Positions 55,872 to 64,000 of a stretch of DNA of 64,000 nucleotides are shown in pieces (the stretch's first letter is position 1; the number at the start of each line of letters is the position of its first letter). The stretch lies in the NCBI GenBank assembly GCA_001782825.1, contig MFPS01000003.1, positions 44,353 to 108,352 of the forward strand, written 5' to 3'. The translations under genes and the position numbers were made by a program. The DNA is from Candidatus Magasanikbacteria bacterium RIFCSPHIGHO2_01_FULL_33_34 (lineage in GTDB: Bacteria > Patescibacteriota > Patescibacteriia > Magasanikbacterales > UBA922). A model generated the notes under the pieces. That model was not told where the DNA came from. It was given only the letters and a program-made list of their open reading frames with translations, and did no database searches.

Positions 55872-56492
55872 TTGTGGCCAATTGAGTTGGAATATTTTAA
55901 ATATATTTTTATGGCATTAGAAACAAATAATGAAAGTGTATCTGAAACTAACACAGAAGAAATTGTAGCTGATTCATATAGTTCAACTGAAGGTGAAGGG
56001 ATTGCTGCTTCATTGGGCTTGAATTCTCAGCTTTTTGTATTTCAACTTATCAATTTTACAATTGTGGCGGTAATCGTTTGGTTTATGATTTTGAAGCCAT
56101 TACTTAAAAAAATGGAAGAAAGAAAAATCCAAATTGATGAGAGCATTGATAATGCAAAACGCGTTGAAACCAATCTTTTTGAAAGTGAAAGACAATATCA
56201 GAAAAAAATTGATGAAGCAAAAGTTGAAGCAAACAAAGTTATAGAAAAAGCTCACGAAGAAGGTGTAAGGCTAGGAAAAATGCTCAAAGAAAAATCAAGA
56301 AGTGATATAGAATTGTTGGTAGCTCAGGCAAAGAAAAATATTGAGATTGATAAACAAGAAATGAAAGCAGAAATAAAAAAAGAAACTGCAGAAATAGTTA
56401 TTTTGGCTTTGGAGAAAATTTTGTCAGAAAAATTTGATTCAAAAAAGGATGGAAAATTTATTGAAGAAGTTTTAAAAGAAGTTAAAAAATAA
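55872..56492 (+). CDS. atpF: ATP synthase F0 subunit b
   Basis: It has a single N-terminal TM helix and a long charged coiled coil. The start may instead be at 55911. Confidence 0.8.
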   Translation: MWPIELEYFKYIFMALETNNESVSETNTEEIVADSYSSTEGEGIAASLGLNSQLFVFQLINFTIVAVIVWFMILKPLLKKMEERKIQIDESIDNAKRVETNLFESERQYQKKIDEAKVEANKVIEKAHEEGVRLGKMLKEKSRSDIELLVAQAKKNIEIDKQEMKAEIKKETAEIVILALEKILSEKFDSKKDGKFIEEVLKEVKK

Positions 56493-56499
56493 TATTTGT

Positions 56500-56883
56500 A
56501 TGAAATTATCACCTAAAAGTTATGGGAGGGTTCTGTATGAAGTTACCAAAAATGAAAAAGGGGAGAATTTAGAAAAAATAGTTGAACATTTTTTTCTTTT
56601 GTTGTCGCATGATCAAATGCTTACAAAAATTAATTATATTATTGAGGAGTTTATTGCTTATGCCAAAGAAATGTCTGGAGTAACCAAATTAGAAATAACC
56701 AGTGCAAGAGAATTGAGTAATGTAGAAATCAAAAAAATAAGCAAACATTTTGGAGACAAAGTTGAAGCTGATTTAAAGATTGATAAAACAATATTGGGTG
56801 GTTTGAAGATAAAAAATAAAAATATAATAATGGATGCAAGTTTAAAAAATCAATTAAATAAATTAAAAAATCAATTAGCTTAA
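56500..56883 (+). CDS. atpH: ATP synthase delta (OSCP) subunit, short
   Basis: The assignment rests on its position between atpF and atpA, plus the C-terminal ILGGLKIK...LKNQLA. At 127 aa it is shorter than the typical ~180 aa. Confidence 0.7.
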   Translation: MKLSPKSYGRVLYEVTKNEKGENLEKIVEHFFLLLSHDQMLTKINYIIEEFIAYAKEMSGVTKLEITSARELSNVEIKKISKHFGDKVEADLKIDKTILGGLKIKNKNIIMDASLKNQLNKLKNQLA

Positions 56884-56888
56884 TAAAT

Positions 56889-58385
56889 ATGTCATATACT
56901 GATCAAGTAATAGAATCATTAAAAAAGAATATAGATTCATTCAAAAAAGAAATTGATACCACTGAAATTGGTACAGTTATTTCTGTAGGTGATGGTATTG
57001 CTCGTATTAGTGGGCTGGACAATTGCAAGGCGCAAGAGATGTTAGAATTTCCTGGTGGAACATATGGCGTCGCTTTAAATTTGGAAGAAGAAACAGTTGG
57101 TTCAGTTATTTTGGGAGATTTCAAACATATAAAAGAAGGTGATATTGTCAAGCGATCTGGTCGTATTATGTCTGTGCCGGTTGGCGATAAATTAATCGGA
57201 CGAGTAGTCAATGCAGTCGGTGTCGCTATTGATGGTGGAGATGAAATCAAGACAAAAGAATTTTATCCAGTAGAACGAGTTGCGCCAGGTGTGATGACAC
57301 GTGAACCAGTCAATCGTCCAGTCCAGACTGGCATCAAAGCGATTGATGCTATGATTCCAATTGGTCGTGGACAGCGTGAACTTATTATCGGAGATCGTCA
57401 GACTGGTAAAACAGCCGTAGCGATTGATGCGATTATCAACCAAAAAGGTCAAGATATGATTTGTATTTATGTAGCGGTTGGTCAAAAAGAATCAAAAGTA
57501 GCGCGTATTGCAGCCAAACTTCGTGAAGTTGGGGCAATGGAATATACAATTATTGTGAGTTCAGGTGCATCTGAGCCAGCGCCTATGTCATATATTGCGC
57601 CATATTCTGGTGTCGCTATGGCTGAGTATTTTGCGGATAAGGGCAAAGATGTTTTGGTTGTATTTGATGATCTTACTAAACAAGCTTGGGCATATCGTGA
57701 AATGTCTTTATTACTTCGTCGTCCACCGGGTCGTGAAGCGTATCCTGGTGATGTATTTTATTTACATTCTCGTTTGCTTGAACGCGCTTGTAACTTGAAC
57801 AAAGAAAATGGCGGTGGTTCAATCACAGCTTTACCAATTATTGAAACTCAAGCGGGCGATGTGTCAGCTTATATTCCAACCAATGTGATTTCAATTACTG
57901 ATGGACAAATTTTCTTGGAAACATCATTATTTTACAAAGGTATTCGTCCAGCTTTAAATATTGGTTTATCAGTTTCTCGTGTAGGTGGATCTGCTCAAAT
58001 AAAACCTATGAAGAAAGTGGCTGGTAAATTGAAATTAGCTATGGCTCAATATCGTGAACTTGAAGCTTTTGCTCAATTTGCTAGTGATTTGGATCCAGAA
58101 ACAAAGAAACAAATTGACCTCGGACAAAGAGTAACCGAATTATTAAAACAAGCACAATATTCACCATTGTCAGTAGAACAACAAGTTGTTTCTATTTATG
58201 CGATTAGCAATGGCTATATGGATGATTTTGCAGTGGTGGATATTGGTAAAGCTGAGAAGAAATTATTAGATTTTTTTGCAAAATCAAAGCAAAATTTGTT
58301 AAGTAAAATAAAAGAAGGTCAGTGGGATGAAAAAGTTGAAGAAGAATTAAAAATAGCATGTTCGGAATTCAAAAAATCTGCATAA
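56889..58385 (+). CDS. atpA: ATP synthase F1 alpha subunit
   Basis: [16 protein letters not shown] is the P-loop, and the protein is conserved throughout. Confidence 0.95.
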   Translation: MSYTDQVIESLKKNIDSFKKEIDTTEIGTVISVGDGIARISGLDNCKAQEMLEFPGGTYGVALNLEEETVGSVILGDFKHIKEGDIVKRSGRIMSVPVGDKLIGRVVNAVGVAIDGGDEIKTKEFYPVERVAPGVMTREPVNRPVQTGIKAIDAMIPIGRGQRELIIGDRQTGKTAVAIDAIINQKGQDMICIYVAVGQKESKVARIAAKLREVGAMEYTIIVSSGASEPAPMSYIAPYSGVAMAEYFADKGKDVLVVFDDLTKQAWAYREMSLLLRRPPGREAYPGDVFYLHSRLLERACNLNKENGGGSITALPIIETQAGDVSAYIPTNVISITDGQIFLETSLFYKGIRPALNIGLSVSRVGGSAQIKPMKKVAGKLKLAMAQYRELEAFAQFASDLDPETKKQIDLGQRVTELLKQAQYSPLSVEQQVVSIYAISNGYMDDFAVVDIGKAEKKLLDFFAKSKQNLLSKIKEGQWDEKVEEELKIACSEFKKSA

Positions 58386-58396
58386 GCGTTTTTATT

Positions 58397-60783
<2,387 letters not shown>

Positions 60784-60784
60784 T

Positions 60785-61438
60785 ATGAAGCATTTAATAA
60801 TTTTATCAACTTTTTTTATTTTACTTGGGGCTGGTTGTTCTAAAACGGCTATTAATAATAATTTACAAGTAAAAGATGCCAATAAACTAAATAATCCAAT
60901 AATTGAAGAAAAAAATACTATGAGAAATTTAGCCCAACACAAAGATCTTGCATCAGAATACAGTAAGGCAGTATTAAAAACCAATAAAGGTGATATTACT
61001 ATTGAGTTTTTTGGTAATTTGTCTCCTTTGACAGTAAATAACTTTTTAAATTTGGCTGAAGAAGGTCTATATAATGGAACTAAATTTCACAGAGTTATCA
61101 AAGATTTTATGATTCAAAGTGGAGATCCAAATTCTAAAACTGATAATGTTATGATGTATGGTTCAGGTGGTCCAGGATATAAATTTGATGATGAATTCAA
61201 TAATGAAAGATTGGTAAGAGGAAATATTGCGATGGCAAATTCTGGTCCTAATACAAATGGTTCTCAGTTTTTTATTGTGACCGCAGAATCAACTCCATGG
61301 CTTGATGGAAAACACGTAAATTTTGGTAAGGTTATTGCAGGTATGGATGTGGTTGATGCGATTGAAAATGCACAAACAAATGGTCGTGATTTGCCGGTTG
61401 AGTCAATTATTATTGAGAGGGTTGAGTTAGTAAAATAA
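60785..61438 (+). CDS. Cyclophilin-type peptidyl-prolyl cis-trans isomerase with a lipoprotein signal
   Basis: FHRVIKDFMIQSGDP and GSQFFI are cyclophilin motifs. The N-terminus LGAGCSK is a lipobox. Confidence 0.85.
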   Translation: MKHLIILSTFFILLGAGCSKTAINNNLQVKDANKLNNPIIEEKNTMRNLAQHKDLASEYSKAVLKTNKGDITIEFFGNLSPLTVNNFLNLAEEGLYNGTKFHRVIKDFMIQSGDPNSKTDNVMMYGSGGPGYKFDDEFNNERLVRGNIAMANSGPNTNGSQFFIVTAESTPWLDGKHVNFGKVIAGMDVVDAIENAQTNGRDLPVESIIIERVELVK

Positions 61439-61441
61439 TAT

Positions 61442-61861
61442 ATGCTAGAATTCAAAATTGTAACACCAGATGGAGTTATATATAACGACAAAGTTGAAAA
61501 AGTCACAGTACCAACTACTAGTGGCGAAATTACAATTTTACCAATGCATATGCCATTGGTGTCTATTTTGAAGGCTGGAGAGTTGGTAGCTTACAAAGAC
61601 GGCAATTCTGTGGCTATGTCTGTGGCTAGTGGTATAGTGGAAATTCAATCAAATAACAAGGTGTATATAATGGCCGACACTGCTGAAAGAGCAGAGCATA
61701 TTGATATTGAGAGAGCTGAGGTAGCTAGAAAGCGCGCAGAAGAACTAATGGCGCAAAAAGATATGTCTATGGATGTAGATTTTGCTAGGTTGCAAGCTAC
61801 AATTGAGAGAGAATTAGCTAGAATTAATGTAGGCAAAAAGTACAAAAAAATAAATAAATAA
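61442..61861 (+). CDS. atpC: ATP synthase F1 epsilon subunit
   Basis: MLEFKIVTPDGVIYNDKVEKVTVPTTSGEITILPMHMPLVS. Confidence 0.88.
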   Translation: MLEFKIVTPDGVIYNDKVEKVTVPTTSGEITILPMHMPLVSILKAGELVAYKDGNSVAMSVASGIVEIQSNNKVYIMADTAERAEHIDIERAEVARKRAEELMAQKDMSMDVDFARLQATIERELARINVGKKYKKINK

Positions 61862-61994
61862 AAACTTAGAAATAAGTTTTTATTTTTTATTAATAATATG
61901 ATTTATATTTATCCACTTTTGATAATTTTATAACTATTGTAAATTAAATCGCTTAGGTGTATAATTGTTCAATTAAAAGTTAAATAATAAAAAT

Positions 61995-62468
61995 ATGATA
62001 GCCCAAAATAAGGAGCATTTGATAAATAAGTACATGCAGACAAAGGTCAACACATTGAGTCCAGATGATACTTTTGCAGAGGCAATAAAGAAAATGCTTG
62101 AGGCAAAGACAAATGGTATGGTGGTGGTTAACAAGGATTTTAAAATTGAAGGTATATTGTCTTCATGGGATTTGATTCAGTATTTAGTACCAGATTATCT
62201 AGAAGAAGACAAGCATTTAGCAAGTTTTGAATCGGCTGATGTATTTGCTAAAAGAGCCTTAGAAATAAAAGATGAGCCAGTGAGCAAATTTATGACAAAA
62301 AGCGTTCACACTTGCAATTCTAGTGATTCGCTTATGGAGGCAGCTATTATATTATCTGAATTCAAGATTAGACAACTTCCAGTGGTTGATGAAAATAATA
62401 AATTGGTTGGCTATATAAACCGAACAGACATCAAAAGAGCTATCGGTGATGTACTAAATTTACAATAA
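61995..62468 (+). CDS. CBS domain pair protein
   Basis: Two CBS motifs are present. The second is IRQLPVVDENNKLVGYINRTDI. Confidence 0.7.
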   Translation: MIAQNKEHLINKYMQTKVNTLSPDDTFAEAIKKMLEAKTNGMVVVNKDFKIEGILSSWDLIQYLVPDYLEEDKHLASFESADVFAKRALEIKDEPVSKFMTKSVHTCNSSDSLMEAAIILSEFKIRQLPVVDENNKLVGYINRTDIKRAIGDVLNLQ

Positions 62469-62474
62469 TTTTAT

Positions 62475-63749
62475 ATGGATAAACTATTTATATTAGCTAT
62501 AATCATTTTTTTAGCTACTTACGTAATCATAATTACAGAAAAGTATCACAGGACGATTATCGCCATGTTTGGCGCGTCATTGATGGTTTTGTTAGGTATT
62601 GTCAATCAAGAGAGAGCCATTGAAGGGGTTGATTTTAATACATTAGGGTTATTGATTGGTATGATGGTGATAGTGAGTATTGCCAAAGATTCTGGTATGT
62701 TTCAGTATGTGGCTATCAAGGCTGCAAAATTTGGACAAGGTGATCCAAAAAAGATTTTTATTCTTTTGGCGGGAATTGTGGCAGTATTTTCGGCATTACT
62801 AGATAACGTTACTACAGTATTATTGATGGTACCGGTTACATTAGTTGTTACAAATAATTTGAAAGTAAGGCCAAAGCCATTTTTGATTGCTACAATATTA
62901 CTTTCAAATATAGGTGGAGCAAGTACATTGATTGGTGATCCACCAAATATTATGATTGGTAGTGCAGTTGGTCTATCATTCAATGATTTTATCGTTAATT
63001 TGTTTCCAGTTACATTTATTATTGGTGTTGCTACTGTAGCTATATTAGCGTTTATTTACAGAAAAGAATTTGTATTCAATCAAGATGCCAAAGATGCAAT
63101 AATGAAATTTAAACCTAATGAAGCAATCACCAACAAAAAATTATTGTGGAAATCTTTATTAGTTTTGGGTATAGTGTTGCTTGGCTTTTTTACCCATGGA
63201 TCTACTCATTTAGAAGGTGCCACAATTGCATTGTTTGGAGCAGCGCTATTACTTTTGATGACTGTTCACGAGCCAGAGCACAATTTGCGAGAAGTTGAGT
63301 GGACTACCATATTTTTCTTTGTTGGTTTGTTTATATTAGTAACTGGTTTAGAAGAAGTGGGCGCATTGCATATGATGGCTGGCAAAATTATAGAAATGAC
63401 TCAAGGAAATGTGGTTTCAACAACTATGGTTGTATTATGGTTCTCTGCGATTTTTTCAGCTATTGTTGATAATATTCCATTTGTAGCAACGATGATTCCA
63501 CTTATCAAAGATATTGGATCAATAACTGGTATGGATTTGACACCATTATGGTGGGCACTTGCATTAGGTGCTGATATTGGTGGAAATGCTACAATTGTAG
63601 GCGCTTCAGCCAATGTGGTTGTGAGTGGTATAGCTGGTAGAGAAGGGCACAAGATTGGATTTGTAGAGTATCTAAAAATCGCTGTACCGATGACAACCAT
63701 TGCAATGGTTATTTGTACGGGTTATATTTATGTGAGGTATTTGATGTAA
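62475..63749 (+). CDS. ArsB/NhaD-superfamily anion/ion permease
   Basis: It is 424 aa with about 10-12 TM helices. The internal repeat has SAL.DNVTTVLLM and IVDNIPFVATM. Confidence 0.6.
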   Translation: MDKLFILAIIIFLATYVIIITEKYHRTIIAMFGASLMVLLGIVNQERAIEGVDFNTLGLLIGMMVIVSIAKDSGMFQYVAIKAAKFGQGDPKKIFILLAGIVAVFSALLDNVTTVLLMVPVTLVVTNNLKVRPKPFLIATILLSNIGGASTLIGDPPNIMIGSAVGLSFNDFIVNLFPVTFIIGVATVAILAFIYRKEFVFNQDAKDAIMKFKPNEAITNKKLLWKSLLVLGIVLLGFFTHGSTHLEGATIALFGAALLLLMTVHEPEHNLREVEWTTIFFFVGLFILVTGLEEVGALHMMAGKIIEMTQGNVVSTTMVVLWFSAIFSAIVDNIPFVATMIPLIKDIGSITGMDLTPLWWALALGADIGGNATIVGASANVVVSGIAGREGHKIGFVEYLKIAVPMTTIAMVICTGYIYVRYLM

Positions 63750-63811
63750 AAATTTTGCTTAGTAGATGATATTTTATTGGTTTGCATATATTATAAATAT
63801 ATAAATAAAGA

Positions 63812-63845
63812 ACTCTTAATTTTAGGAGTTTTTTGTTTATTATAA
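63812..63845 (+). terminator. Probable terminator hairpin after the permease gene
   Basis: aactct-taatttt-aggagtt followed by ttttttg. Confidence 0.4.
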
Positions 63846-63924
63846 GTATGAGATATTTTATATTTACAAGTATTGTTATATATAGTAAAATATAATAGAA
63901 TTATATAATTGTTAATATAAAATT

Positions 63925-64000
63925 ATGAAAAAAAGTAAAATTTTGCTGGTTTTGGTTATTGTATTTATCCTTGCTAGTATTGCAGTATTTTTTTTGTTTA
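63925..64000 (+). CDS. 5' end of a gene for a protein with an N-terminal signal/TM segment (partial)
   Basis: MKKSKILLVLVIVFILASIAVFFLF runs to the window edge. Confidence 0.4.
   Translation, partial: MKKSKILLVLVIVFILASIAVFFLF

Overview
This is an AT-rich window (roughly 30-35% GC), gene-dense, with mostly short or SD-less leaders. The features fit a small-genome bacterium of the CPR/Patescibacteria type, but I could not run a search to confirm the lineage. Almost all coding is housekeeping. There is a cell-surface glycan locus: HIT, rfbB, an RmlD-like reductase, four GT2 glycosyltransferases and an RmlA-like nucleotidyltransferase. Further genes are murA, a Ctp protease, riboflavin genes (kinase, ribE, ribH), a DEDD exonuclease, era, rplI, pyrG, dnaG, rpoD, a SOD-like protein, a PfkB kinase, a DsbA-like protein, an orphan TraD/HerA-like ATPase, nnrD, an SPFH protein, mnmA and a short alaS. 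A ribosomal cluster follows: infA-rpmJ-rpsM-rpsK-rpsD-rpoA-rplQ-rplM-rpsI, where rpoA appears to lack the alpha C-terminal domain. A second glycan cluster has a flippase, GT4, GT2 and an O-antigen-ligase-like membrane protein. Then come def-fmt, a PBP5-like protein, rsmI, metG, tatD, and a complete F1Fo ATP synthase operon with a cyclophilin between atpD and atpC, followed by a CBS protein and a permease. The most striking non-genic signal is a family of at least 8 intergenic nested-palindrome repeats plus 2 fragments. They come in an ~88-nt short form and a ~170-nt long form, all in the same orientation, and they show compensatory base changes in three stems and a conserved TGTTGK loop. I could not match them to any RNA or mobile-element class I know. 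Two 200-300 bp GC-rich islets (29170-29420 and 53030-53330) stand out against the AT-rich background. Each carries a small minus-strand ORF with a GGGG(G)A Shine-Dalgarno and a GC-rich terminator, and they look foreign in composition. Other small accessory ORFs are a 54-aa Cys-rich ORF after metG, a tandem zinc-ribbon protein, and a small promoter/SD/terminator-complete ORF. I found no tRNA, rRNA or CRISPR, and no transposase, integrase or Cas gene.
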